A stretch of DNA of 64,000 nucleotides from Alphaproteobacteria bacterium (GCA_051715325.1 JBPXJO010000034.1:14033-78032), one strand, 5' to 3'; shown: positions 30,968-40,573, numbered from the stretch's first letter. Notes: a model not told the origin generated them from the sequence alone. Numbers and translations: made by a program.

Positions 30968-33034
30968 ATGGAACTTGGATCACTTATAACCTACATCGTA
31001 CTCGGTCTGTCTGCCGGATACCTGATTACGCGCTTTTTTGTCTATGTCCGCTCGGACGAGCTGGCCATCATGGAACAGCGCTTTCTGGGATCGCCGCTCG
31101 ATGCCGGGCGCGTTTTTGCTTCCGAAGGGCAGATTGGCCTTAAAGCCAGTTTTCTTGCTCCGGGTCTTCACTTTGTTCTCTGGCCGATTATGAATGTGGT
31201 CAGCAAACCGAACTTCGTCACAATCGCTTCGGATGAACTCGGAATTATCGAGGCCACCGACGGTGCGGCCCTTCCCGCCGGACGCGTGTTCGCCGATGAT
31301 CCGGCCGGACAAACCCACAACAACTACCAGAACCCTCTGGAGTTTTTGAAGGCTGGCGGTATCCGCGGGAAGCAATTACGCTTCCTGACTAACGGTACGT
31401 TTAAAATCAACCCGTATCTGTTCAAAGTCACCAAGATCAAAAAGACCGTGGTTGACGAGGGTCAGATTGGCTTGATTACCGCGATGGACGGCACCTCGCT
31501 CGAGCCGGGCCAACTGCTTGCCAAAAGCATCGAAGGCCACACCAGCTTCCAGCGCGCCGACCAGTTCCTGAAAAATGGTGGCCAGAAAGGCCCGCAGATC
31601 GACTTCCTTCGTCCCGGAACCTACAACATCAACACCGAGATTTTCAAAGTCGTGGTGGTGGATGCAATCTATATCGGTGAAAACCAGATCGGTATTGTCG
31701 AAGCCCTCGATGGTCTGCCGATGAAAACCACCGACGTTGTGGTGCCATCTCCGGAAGGTCACAACAACTTTCAGGATGGACAGGCTTTCCTGACCAACGG
31801 TGGTCACCGCGGCCCTCAGGAACGTATCCTGACCCCTGGTACCTACTATATCAACCCGTATCTGTTCTCGGTCACAACCCGCGAGCAAACCCGCGTCAAC
31901 AAAGGTGAAGTTGCGGTTTTGATTTCCAACATCGGCAAAGACCCGTCCGAATACAAACCGGATGGCGATGACACCGAACTCTGGGAAAAAGACGCCAAAA
32001 CCCGCCACGTTGTCCCGCACGGTTTCCGTGGTATCCAGAAGGAAGTTCTCGGCCCAGGTGCGTACAACATCAACCCTCTCGCCTACGTCGCGATCATCAT
32101 CCCGACCACCATGCGCTCGCTGGATTGGAGCGGAGAACGGGTCCGCAGCGACGGCAGCGTCGGCATGACCTTCGATCCGTTTCAGGTTGTCTCGCATGAC
32201 GGTTTCCCGATGCAGGTGGAAGTCCGCTGCCAGTACCGTATCTTGCCCGAGAACGCCCCGTATGTGGTACAAAAACTCGGCTCGATCTCGGAACTGGAAA
32301 GCAACGTGATCCACCCGCAGATCGACGGTATCTTCCGTGCGCAGGTCTCGCGTTCTCCGGCAATTGCCTACCAGCAAAACCGCGCCGAAGAACAAGACAT
32401 GGCCGAAAAAGCCGTTCGTGACGACCTCCTGAAATACCGCGTTGATGTGGTGTCGGTGATGATTACCAACATCCACCTGCCGGAAGCCTTGATGAAGACG
32501 ACCCAGCAGAAAAACCTCGCGGAACAGGAAAAGTCGATGTTCGATGCCAAACAGCAAGCCGAACAGCGCCGGATCGAGTTCGAAAAAACCAAAGCCGAAG
32601 CCGATGCTCAGGTGGCGATTATCACCGCCGAAGCCGGTATCAAGGTGGCCCAGCACGAAGCACGTCAAACCGAAGAGCGTGCACGGGGTGACGCCAACCG
32701 GATCCGGATGCTCGCCGAAGCCGAAGCCTCGCAGACCACGCAGGTCGGTGACGCCGAAGCCGGTATTATCAAGGCCAAAGGTGAAGCACAGGCTAAAGCC
32801 TACAACGATCAGGTCAATGCCCTGACCGCTCAAGGGGTAACAATGGTCGAGGTCATCAAGGCGATCTCCTCCGCTGGCCTCAAAATCACGCCGGATGTTC
32901 AAGTCACAGGAGCCACAGGCTCCGGCATGGATGGAGGATTGATGCAGGTTATCCTCTCGCAGCTCGTCAAGGATCAAACCAAATCCATGACCGCAAAACT
33001 CGAGGACACCAGCGGGAAAATCGTGAACGGCTAA
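30968..33034 (+). CDS. flotillin-like SPFH-domain protein with tandemly repeated N-terminal segments
   Basis: N-terminal TM segment, SPFH-start-like LAPGLHF, about 4 tandem repeats of a ~90-aa unit (FL.NGG..G.Q...L.PGTY.INPYLF.V) and a C-terminal flotillin-type Ala/Glu-rich coiled region. Start chosen at MELGSL. Confidence 0.7.
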   Translation: MELGSLITYIVLGLSAGYLITRFFVYVRSDELAIMEQRFLGSPLDAGRVFASEGQIGLKASFLAPGLHFVLWPIMNVVSKPNFVTIASDELGIIEATDGAALPAGRVFADDPAGQTHNNYQNPLEFLKAGGIRGKQLRFLTNGTFKINPYLFKVTKIKKTVVDEGQIGLITAMDGTSLEPGQLLAKSIEGHTSFQRADQFLKNGGQKGPQIDFLRPGTYNINTEIFKVVVVDAIYIGENQIGIVEALDGLPMKTTDVVVPSPEGHNNFQDGQAFLTNGGHRGPQERILTPGTYYINPYLFSVTTREQTRVNKGEVAVLISNIGKDPSEYKPDGDDTELWEKDAKTRHVVPHGFRGIQKEVLGPGAYNINPLAYVAIIIPTTMRSLDWSGERVRSDGSVGMTFDPFQVVSHDGFPMQVEVRCQYRILPENAPYVVQKLGSISELESNVIHPQIDGIFRAQVSRSPAIAYQQNRAEEQDMAEKAVRDDLLKYRVDVVSVMITNIHLPEALMKTTQQKNLAEQEKSMFDAKQQAEQRRIEFEKTKAEADAQVAIITAEAGIKVAQHEARQTEERARGDANRIRMLAEAEASQTTQVGDAEAGIIKAKGEAQAKAYNDQVNALTAQGVTMVEVIKAISSAGLKITPDVQVTGATGSGMDGGLMQVILSQLVKDQTKSMTAKLEDTSGKIVNG

Positions 33035-33049
33035 TCCCGCCCCTCACGC

Positions 33050-33095
33050 AAAAGAATAAAGACGGCCCGAATAACTTCGGGCCGTTTCTTTTTAA
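33050..33095. terminator. bidirectional terminator between the convergent flotillin-like and LysE genes
   Basis: Perfect 10-bp stem ACGGCCCGAA/TTCGGGCCGT with a 4-nt loop, flanked by an A-run upstream and a T-run downstream. Confidence 0.5.
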
Positions 33096-33101
33096 AGGAT
33101 A

Positions 33102-33731
33102 TTATCCGAATAAAACCAGAAGACCGACGACGATCAAAAGCGCACCGGCGAGACGATCAAGCCAATGCCCGATCGCGTATGTCTCGAGATAGGTGCTGGC
33201 GCGCCGTGCAATCAGCGCATAGAAGGTGAGCGTTCCGGTAAACGTCACCATAATGAGAAACGCCGCCAAAGCGACATCGGCCGCTCCGGCGCGGGAGAGA
33301 TCGATAAAGGCCGGAAGAAACGAAATAAAAAACAGCAAATCTTTTGGGTTGGATGCGGTCAAAAGAAAACCGCTACACAGAAGCGGAAAGCGCCGCTCAT
33401 CGGGAATGTCTTGCTGGAACATCCCGCCCCCGCCGTCGCGAAATGATGCCGCAATCGCCATCATCCCGAGATAAAGAAGATACCCCCCGCCGAAACAACT
33501 GAGGAGCATAAACGCCAGATGATATTGGGACACAAGAACCGCAAGGCCGAGCATCGCGAGCATCGCAAAAACAAAATCCGCCAGTACAATTCCGGCAATG
33601 AAAAAGGCGGTGCGGGATAAACTAAGCCGGAGCGAACGGGCCAGCGTAGCAAAAACAGCTGGACCTGGCGACAACCCCAGAATAGCCGTCGCCACGACGA
33701 GGCCTATAATATGCTCGACATTCATAATCAT
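33102..33731 (-). CDS. LysE/RhtB family amino-acid exporter
   Basis: About 200 aa with 6 TM segments and the LysE-type N-terminus. Confidence 0.8.
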   Translation of the reverse strand: MIMNVEHIIGLVVATAILGLSPGPAVFATLARSLRLSLSRTAFFIAGIVLADFVFAMLAMLGLAVLVSQYHLAFMLLSCFGGGYLLYLGMMAIAASFRDGGGGMFQQDIPDERRFPLLCSGFLLTASNPKDLLFFISFLPAFIDLSRAGAADVALAAFLIMVTFTGTLTFYALIARRASTYLETYAIGHWLDRLAGALLIVVGLLVLFG

Positions 33732-33748
33732 GCCGGAAGAGTAGCAAT

Positions 33749-34198
33749 CTAGCTCGCCGGAGTAAACAGCCCTTCGGTCAAGGACGGATAGACACGGCGG
33801 AACGCAGCAAGGCGGTCTTCACCGATAGAATTCCAGTGTTGCTTGAGCTCCAGCAAAGCCGGACTGGCGGCGCAAACATGATAGGTACTGCGCATCAGCG
33901 ATGCATCGACGTGCTCGAGGTAACTCTCGGGAAACGAGAGGCGCGGTGCGCGAAGCCCAAGGTCAACCAGAACACGGGCGACAAACGCATCCCCCATCGC
34001 CATCATATCGGCGACCGATTGGATCGCGACCAGAATTTTAATCTCGTCTTGGGAACACGGGACACTGCGGAGCTGGCGCATAAAGCGGACATAAATATCC
34101 ATTTCCTGACGCAGGTGCGGCGCATCTTCGGGCGGAAACGGCAAAACAATGCGGGTTGAATCCATTCGGTGAGCGGTGGTGTCGTATGAAACGGTCAT
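33749..34198 (-). CDS. hypothetical protein
   Basis: 149-aa ORF, no recognisable domain. Confidence 0.45.
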   Translation of the reverse strand: MTVSYDTTAHRMDSTRIVLPFPPEDAPHLRQEMDIYVRFMRQLRSVPCSQDEIKILVAIQSVADMMAMGDAFVARVLVDLGLRAPRLSFPESYLEHVDASLMRSTYHVCAASPALLELKQHWNSIGEDRLAAFRRVYPSLTEGLFTPAS

Positions 34199-34357
34199 TA
34201 TAACCTCCCTGTTCTCGCGTGTGTCTTAAAGCCAGTGATGTCGCGATAACCTCATCCTTGGGGGATTCGTTTAACGACTCCTTAACAGCAGAGGAAACAA
34301 GGGGTTTACCCCAGATTCAGGTGTGGATAACTTTATGTGCGCCGCCGCAATTGCGGC

Positions 34358-34903
34358 TTAACTGCCGTAAGCGTTAAAAATATCGACGGTTTTGCAAACG
34401 ATCACGATCTCGGAAAGTCCGCTAAACGGATAGGATGCGATCACATTCAGAAGAATGCGGGCCGCCCGTTTGGGCGGAATATCGCGGGACGACGCGCCAA
34501 GCGCCGGAAACATGAGCGAAGACGCGCCGCTGGCTTCGGCCTGATCGAGAATCGATCGGGTGCATTTTTTAAGCAACCGCTCTTCATCGCCGAGGCCATC
34601 ATCCCAGTCAGGGAGAATCGCCAGAAGAAGACGCGGCGCCGAACTCACCGTTTCAGGTATTGCAAACACGTCACCGCGGCGGGGTTTGATAATTGTATCG
34701 AGAATATAGTGATCGAGCCTTTCGCCCGCCCGCTCCAGAATAAGCCCGTTGAGATGCCCCTCCCACGACAGGTTCTCCGGCAGATAGAACACTTGGGTTC
34801 CGCCCGTCGGCTGCTCCATAAAACTACCCAGCACAACGCGCACCCGTGGAACGGCTTTTTCAGGGTTGGATGATGAAGCGTGGTCTGATACGCTTGGGCA
34901 CAT
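34358..34903 (-). CDS. macro-domain-like protein with degenerate active-site motifs
   Basis: Collinear with YmdB-type macro domains (LMFPALGAS.. matches VAFPAISTG..; IVIVCKTVD matches VYFVCYDEE). However the GDIT / NAAN / GGGV motifs are replaced (LGSF / LPEN / WEGH). Start uncertain (34903 or 34972). Confidence 0.5.
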   Translation of the reverse strand: MCPSVSDHASSSNPEKAVPRVRVVLGSFMEQPTGGTQVFYLPENLSWEGHLNGLILERAGERLDHYILDTIIKPRRGDVFAIPETVSSAPRLLLAILPDWDDGLGDEERLLKKCTRSILDQAEASGASSLMFPALGASSRDIPPKRAARILLNVIASYPFSGLSEIVIVCKTVDIFNAYGS

Positions 34904-36713
34904 GGGACGACTACTCAAAATAACGTTACTGGGTTCGGCAGCTTGGCTGGCACTCGCGCTCCAACCGGTCACAGCCGATGGTCTGGCGATGGTGGGCGAC
35001 GCGAAAATGCCGTCTGACTTTACCCATTTTGACTACGCAAATCCAGAGGCCCCCAAAGGCGGGACGTTTCGCCGCGCCATGTTCGGTACATTTGATACCG
35101 TCAATCCGTTCTCGCTCAAGGGAAAATCGGCCCAAGGGCTCAATCTGGTCTACGACCGTCTGATGGCTCGTTCGTGGGACGAACCCTTTACCATGTACCC
35201 TCTGATTGCCGAATCATTTGATATTCCGCCAGACCGTTCCGCTATCACCTTTCACCTCAACCCCAAAGCCACCTTTAGTGACGGCTCGCCGATCACCGCC
35301 GCCGATGTTAATTTTTCTTTCCGGATTCTCAAAGACAATGGCCGTCCGAATATGCGCAACGTCTATAAGCTGGTGAAATCGGTCAAACAGCCGGACGCGC
35401 ATACGATCCGCTTTGATCTTGGCTCCGGTTACGACCGCGAAACCGTGATGATTCTGACGATGATGCCGGTACTCTCGAAAGCATGGTGGGAAAAACGGGA
35501 CTTTAATAAAACGCTGCTCGAGCCGCCGCTCGGCAGCGGCCCCTACACCATCGCGCGGATTGATCCGGGCCGCAGGATTGTCTTCGCGCGCAATCCCGAC
35601 TACTGGGCCAAAGACCTTCCTGTAAACAAAGGACAATATAATTTTGACAAAGTCGTGATGGATTATTTCCGCGACCAGACCTCGGCTTTCGAGGCTTTTA
35701 AAGCCGGAGATATTGATGTCTGGCAGGACACCGATCCGGGGCGCTGGGCTTCGGAATATAATTTCCCTGCGGTACAAAGCAAAATGGTGGCCAAAGATGA
35801 AATCCGTCACCAGCGTGTCGAGCGGATGTGGGGATTTATTTTCAACACGCGCCGCCCGCCCTTTGACGACCGGAATGTCCGCAGGGCGTTATCGATGATG
35901 GTGGATTACGACTGGATCAACCGGAATATTTTCTATGGCCAGTACGCAACCACGACCAGTTACTTTCCCAATTCGGAGCTCGCCGCCACCGGAGAGCCGG
36001 AAGCACTCGAGAACCCGCTTCTTGATCCGTTCCGCAGCCAATTACCAAGCGATGTATTTGGTCCGGCATGGACCGCGCCGCCAAGCGGGAATATGCTGGC
36101 GCTACGCGCAAACCAGATCAAAGCCGACACTCTTTTAAAAGACGCTGGATGGATCATCAGCAACGGCAAACGTGTGAACGCGAAGACCGGTCAGGCCATG
36201 ACCTTCGAAATTTTGCTCGGCTACGCCGAAGACGAGAAACTCGCAATCACTTACAAGAAAGCGCTCGAGCGCCTTGGCGTCACAGTGAACATTCGCACGC
36301 TCGATGCGGCCGCGTTTCAGGACCGTCTGAGCGGATATGACTACGACATGGTTCTTCATTTCTGGCAGAACACCCTCTCGCCCGGAACCGAGCAAGCCTT
36401 GTACTGGGGATGTCAGGCCGCCAAGGAAAATGGACGGTTTAATTATGCCGGCGTTTGCCATCCGGCGATCGAAAAAATCATTACCGCCATTCCGAACGCC
36501 CAAACCAGGGAAGAAATGGTCGCCGACACGCGGGCACTCGACCGGATTCTGACTTGGGAAAGTTATGCGGTCCCATTGTTTTACAGCAACCATGATTCTC
36601 TGGCCTACTGGAACTCGTTCCGCCATCCGGAAACCCCCGCCCTTTATGGAAATATTATGGAAAGCTGGTGGGCTGCCGGTAGCAACATCCCGTCCTCACG
36701 GCAACCGGATTGA
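34902..36713 (+). CDS. ABC transporter substrate-binding protein, family 5 (peptide/oligopeptide type), orphan
   Basis: Signal peptide MGRLLKITLLGSAAWLALA and SBP_bac_5-like length and features. No permease or ATPase genes adjacent. Confidence 0.8.
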   Translation: MGRLLKITLLGSAAWLALALQPVTADGLAMVGDAKMPSDFTHFDYANPEAPKGGTFRRAMFGTFDTVNPFSLKGKSAQGLNLVYDRLMARSWDEPFTMYPLIAESFDIPPDRSAITFHLNPKATFSDGSPITAADVNFSFRILKDNGRPNMRNVYKLVKSVKQPDAHTIRFDLGSGYDRETVMILTMMPVLSKAWWEKRDFNKTLLEPPLGSGPYTIARIDPGRRIVFARNPDYWAKDLPVNKGQYNFDKVVMDYFRDQTSAFEAFKAGDIDVWQDTDPGRWASEYNFPAVQSKMVAKDEIRHQRVERMWGFIFNTRRPPFDDRNVRRALSMMVDYDWINRNIFYGQYATTTSYFPNSELAATGEPEALENPLLDPFRSQLPSDVFGPAWTAPPSGNMLALRANQIKADTLLKDAGWIISNGKRVNAKTGQAMTFEILLGYAEDEKLAITYKKALERLGVTVNIRTLDAAAFQDRLSGYDYDMVLHFWQNTLSPGTEQALYWGCQAAKENGRFNYAGVCHPAIEKIITAIPNAQTREEMVADTRALDRILTWESYAVPLFYSNHDSLAYWNSFRHPETPALYGNIMESWWAAGSNIPSSRQPD

Positions 36714-36793
36714 AGACTTTAACCTATTGAGAAAATCACGAACTCCTGTTACGGTAACACAACTGGAATCACTAACCCTTTCAAGGTCATAAT

Positions 36794-37318
36794 ATGACAA
36801 AAATCAAGCTCTATGCTCTGTCTTGCACCGCAGTTTTGGCTCTCACAGCCTGTAGCACCGAGATGAAAAAAGAATTCGACGAAAATGGGCGTTACTGGCA
36901 GCGCGTCGACACCACCGACGCAATTTACCAACGCGGCCCGAAAGCCCAGCAAGTGCTCTTCCAGGATCTCGCCAATTGCACCGCGATTGTGAACGAGATG
37001 GAACGTATGGGCGCAATTAAAGAAGCCGTTCCGGCTGAAACCTACGACAAAAACGCCAACCGTATTCTCCCTGAAACCCCTGAGGCCCGCCTCGGCAACT
37101 GGGACACTCCGGAACGCGATGGATATATGCGTACCGAAATGTACGACTTCCATGATTTTGAAGGCTGCATGACCTATAAAGGTTGGGAACGCGTTAAATA
37201 CGTCAACTACAAAACCGACGAACGCGCACGCGACACTTACCTCGACACGATCGGCTACGAGAAATACCGCACCAAAGTGTACGAAAACACACCGAAAGCC
37301 CGTGCGTTCAACCAATAA
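36794..37318 (+). CDS. hypothetical lipoprotein
   Basis: Lipobox LALTACS. No recognised domain. Confidence 0.55.
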   Translation: MTKIKLYALSCTAVLALTACSTEMKKEFDENGRYWQRVDTTDAIYQRGPKAQQVLFQDLANCTAIVNEMERMGAIKEAVPAETYDKNANRILPETPEARLGNWDTPERDGYMRTEMYDFHDFEGCMTYKGWERVKYVNYKTDERARDTYLDTIGYEKYRTKVYENTPKARAFNQ

Positions 37319-37323
37319 GAATG

Positions 37324-37348
37324 AAAGCCCCCGATCGGGGGCTTTTTT
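37324..37348 (+). terminator. rho-independent terminator after the lipoprotein gene
   Basis: AGCCCCC-GATC-GGGGGCT hairpin followed by TTTTTT. Confidence 0.6.
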
Positions 37349-37420
37349 CATGGGACAATCACCTGTCATTCTGAGGGAGGAATACGACCGAAGAATCTCC
37401 CAATCCTAAATACGAACAAC

Positions 37421-38386
37421 TCAGGAATCCGTCTCGAACTTGAGTTTGACAGCGGCCTCGGCCACCGTATCAACAGCAAGCCCGCCCATAAGCGAACGAT
37501 CGACAGTTTTAGCGTCAAAACCTTCGTAACCGGTCAGTTCATCAGGAGTTTCAGCCGTAGTCACATAATCGGTTTTGGAACCAAACGGGCCGTAAATTTC
37601 GGAATATGTTGGTCCGAACAGACCAAGCGTTGGCACGCCGGCCGCCGCAGCGCCATGCATAAGCCCCGAGTCATTGCCGATGTAAAACGAGCAACGCGCC
37701 AGACACGCCACAGCTTCAGCCGGAGAGCCCTTGGCAATCACATCAATAGCGGCCTCTTCGGGAATAGAGCGCAGCAGTTTAAGCGCATCCTCTTCCTCAC
37801 CAGGAGCCGAGAACACGGCAACGCGCCACCCGTAAAACGGTGCTTCACGATCACGCAGGATTTTAACCAGATCGATAAAATGCTCCACCGGCCACGTCTT
37901 GCCAATCCAGTTGGCGGTCGGCCCGATCCCGAGAACGGGCGCTCCATCCGGAATAACGTCGCGGGCCTTCCGCTCCATGGCGGCGGTCAACCAAACATGG
38001 GCTGGTGGCGGCTGATGAAGACCGATCACCATGGCATTTTGAATCGCTTTATGAAGCCCTTGATCGATATGGGGGCCAAAAATATAACGGGCGTCCGCCC
38101 GAATGAGGCGGGAAACTGCCGAGTTACGAAGATCGACAACAATATCCCAGCGCGTTTTGGACACATCGCGCCAAAGATCGATCCAGTGTTTTTTCCATTT
38201 CTGTTTCTTGAGGGCAATAATCCGCTCGAGATTGGGAACCCCCTCATAAAGGCTTGATACCAGCGGCCCGCACACAACTGTGACCCGCGAATCGGGATAT
38301 TGGGTCAACAAATAGTTCAAAATACCGTTCGATAAAATGGCATCGCCGACACGCGTTGAGGTAATAAAGAGGATTTTTTCAGACAT
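37421..38386 (-). CDS. glycosyltransferase family 9 (ADP-heptose:LPS heptosyltransferase-like)
   Basis: GT9 N-terminus KILFITSTRVGDAIL. Start chosen at MSEKILFI. Confidence 0.8.
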   Translation of the reverse strand: MSEKILFITSTRVGDAILSNGILNYLLTQYPDSRVTVVCGPLVSSLYEGVPNLERIIALKKQKWKKHWIDLWRDVSKTRWDIVVDLRNSAVSRLIRADARYIFGPHIDQGLHKAIQNAMVIGLHQPPPAHVWLTAAMERKARDVIPDGAPVLGIGPTANWIGKTWPVEHFIDLVKILRDREAPFYGWRVAVFSAPGEEEDALKLLRSIPEEAAIDVIAKGSPAEAVACLARCSFYIGNDSGLMHGAAAAGVPTLGLFGPTYSEIYGPFGSKTDYVTTAETPDELTGYEGFDAKTVDRSLMGGLAVDTVAEAAVKLKFETDS

Positions 38387-38484
38387 TTCAGCAAGATACC
38401 CGTATTTCACCTTGGGTCAAAGCCCTAAAATCGACACTGGACAAGGACGATAATATTGATTATAAACTCCCCACCGAAACGGAT

Positions 38485-38560
38485 GCCTAAGTAGCTCAGT
38501 CGGTAGAGCAAGCGACTGAAAATCGCTGTGTCGCTGGTTCGATTCCGGCCTTAGGCACCA
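38485..38560 (+). tRNA. tRNA-Phe (anticodon GAA)
   Basis: GCCTAAGTAGCTCAGTCGGTAGAGCAAGCGACTGAAAATCGCTGTGTCGCTGGTTCGATTCCGGCCTTAGGCACCA. The anticodon loop CTGAAAA gives GAA. CCA is encoded. Confidence 0.88.
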
Positions 38561-38702
38561 CTTTTTCCCCGTATAAAAGACTACTTCCCGTGGATATTCA
38601 GATATTCCTGATGGGACACGCCGAAGAGACCGAGGATACCCCCGAGCCCGCTCGCAACGCGTTTGGAGCCGACAATAAGCCCGCGCCAACGCGTAATCGG
38701 AC

Positions 38703-39512
38703 TCAAGAGAATTTGCGCGCCGCCCAATCCGATCCGCGCCAGCGCATTTCCAAACGCCATCCGCATCGCGGTGACACGCGGATGAAGGAGGAGCAAACTC
38801 TGGGCCTCCCCGCTGCCGCTCCGGAAACCTCTCCGGACAATCCACGAATACGGCTCATCGGCACATGCTCGAACAAACGCGCCTCGGGACACCACTGGAT
38901 GGTAAACCCCGCCTGAACCACACGCAAAAAATAATGAAGGTCACTCGATCCGGTGAACTGGAACGATGAATCAAAAGTCGGCCCGATATGATCGAGAACT
39001 TTGCGCACCACCAGAGTGTTGTTGGTGTATGCCTTAGAGAGCTTATGCCCGCGCGGATAAGATTGGTGTTTTTCAAAAACGCCGCTGGCCTTGGCCCAAA
39101 CGGGAGCGCCTTCCGGCAGCACAGCATCGACAGGACCGGTAATGACATCCGCGGACGTCGCGCGCCACATCGTCATCATCGCATCAAGCCACCCGTCAGG
39201 GGCTTCCTCGTCATCATCGACAAAGATCAAAGCATCCGCATCGTGTGTTTCGATCACACTGCGGTTCCGCGCCGCCGGAATACCGCGCACCGGTTCATCC
39301 GAAAGGCGCACATCAAATGCCGGAAACTGCGTCCGCAAAGCCGCGATCACTTTGGGATTCTCGCCACTCAGATCATTATCGGTCACATGAACATACCATG
39401 AGAAGTCCGCCGCGTTGGCTTCGGAGATCGTTTGCCGCGCCAGACTCGCAAGCAAGAGCCGCAGCCCTTCAGGGCGGTTACAGGTAATCACACCGATAGA
39501 GAGAATCCGCAT
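38703..39512 (-). CDS. glycosyltransferase family 2, apparently frameshifted near its 3' end (continuation readable in ORF 38581..38895)
   Basis: GT2 N-terminus ILSIGVITCNRPEGL and a DDD motif. After ...FEHVPMSRI the frame degenerates, while the overlapping frame reads a plausible GT2 C-terminal membrane tail. Confidence 0.6.
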   Translation of the reverse strand: MRILSIGVITCNRPEGLRLLLASLARQTISEANAADFSWYVHVTDNDLSGENPKVIAALRTQFPAFDVRLSDEPVRGIPAARNRSVIETHDADALIFVDDDEEAPDGWLDAMMTMWRATSADVITGPVDAVLPEGAPVWAKASGVFEKHQSYPRGHKLSKAYTNNTLVVRKVLDHIGPTFDSSFQFTGSSDLHYFLRVVQAGFTIQWCPEARLFEHVPMSRIRGLSGEVSGAAAGRPRVCSSFIRVSPRCGWRLEMRWRGSDWAARKFS

Positions 39513-39526
39513 CCCCCGCCTCCCGC

Positions 39527-40573
39527 TTACGCCGCTCCGGTCGCACCGGATTTGGCTTTCTCGGCAAGATAGGTTTCCCACGCCCACGCGGAGATAATCA
39601 TCTCTTTAAGTCCGAGTTCGGCCTTCCACAAAAGTTCGCGTTCGGCCAGTCCGGCATCGCCGTAAATCTTCGGCACATCGCCGCTGCGGCGTCCGCCCAT
39701 ATCGTACGGAAGTTTAACGCCGGTCTCGCGCTCGAACGCGGTGATAACTTCAAGGATCGTATACCCGTTTCCGGTTCCGATATTATAGACATTGAACGAT
39801 ACATCGTTCGCCTTCTCGTCCATGAAACGAAGCGCCTGAATATGCGCTTTGGCGAGATCAACCACATGAATATAATCGCGCATCGCCGTGCCGTCCGGCG
39901 TATCGTAATCCTGCCCGAAAACCGTCATTTTTGCGCGCTTGCCGATAGCGGTCTGGGTAATCACCGGAAAGAGATTCTGCGGCGCGCCAATCGGAAGCTC
40001 GCCGATTTTTCCCGACGCGTGCGCCCCGACCGGATTGAAATAACGGAGCGAGATCACCTTGAGCTGCGGATTGGCCTTCGCCACATCTTTAAGAATATGC
40101 TCCGCCATAATCTTGGTCTCGCCGTACGGGGACGCTGCCGCCTTAACCTCTTCGCTCTCGCGCACCGGAAGATGGCTGACCTCGCCATAAACCGTACAGC
40201 TCGACGAGAACACGAAATTAACCGCGCGACCGTCAAACGCCCGAAGCAGGTTAATCAGGCCGTGAATATTATTGTGGTAGTAGCTAAGCGGCTGCTCGAC
40301 CGACTGCCCGACCGCTTTGAAAGCGGCAAAATGGATGACATCCTGAATATCGCTGTTCGCGGCAACAAAATCCCGCACAGCCACTTCGTCACGGAGATCA
40401 ATTTGAGCGACCGTAAGACTGCGCCCCGATAGTTCTTCAAGCTGGGTGATGATAAACGGGCTGGAATTGGAAAAATTATCAAGGATGACCGGCTCGTATC
40501 CGGCCCCGATCAACTCCAGAACCGTGTGCGATCCGATATATCCCGCGCCGCCCGTGACCAGTACTTTTTTCAT
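39527..40573 (-). CDS. galE: UDP-glucose 4-epimerase
   Basis: VLVTGGAGYIGSH Rossmann motif and YxxxK present. Confidence 0.9.
   Translation of the reverse strand: MKKVLVTGGAGYIGSHTVLELIGAGYEPVILDNFSNSSPFIITQLEELSGRSLTVAQIDLRDEVAVRDFVAANSDIQDVIHFAAFKAVGQSVEQPLSYYHNNIHGLINLLRAFDGRAVNFVFSSSCTVYGEVSHLPVRESEEVKAAASPYGETKIMAEHILKDVAKANPQLKVISLRYFNPVGAHASGKIGELPIGAPQNLFPVITQTAIGKRAKMTVFGQDYDTPDGTAMRDYIHVVDLAKAHIQALRFMDEKANDVSFNVYNIGTGNGYTILEVITAFERETGVKLPYDMGGRRSGDVPKIYGDAGLAERELLWKAELGLKEMIISAWAWETYLAEKAKSGATGAA

Noticed and set aside
31376-32977. 533-aa ORF on the minus strand
   Set aside because: It is antisense to the flotillin-like gene. Its sequence is low complexity (G/R/D/V-rich) with no motifs.
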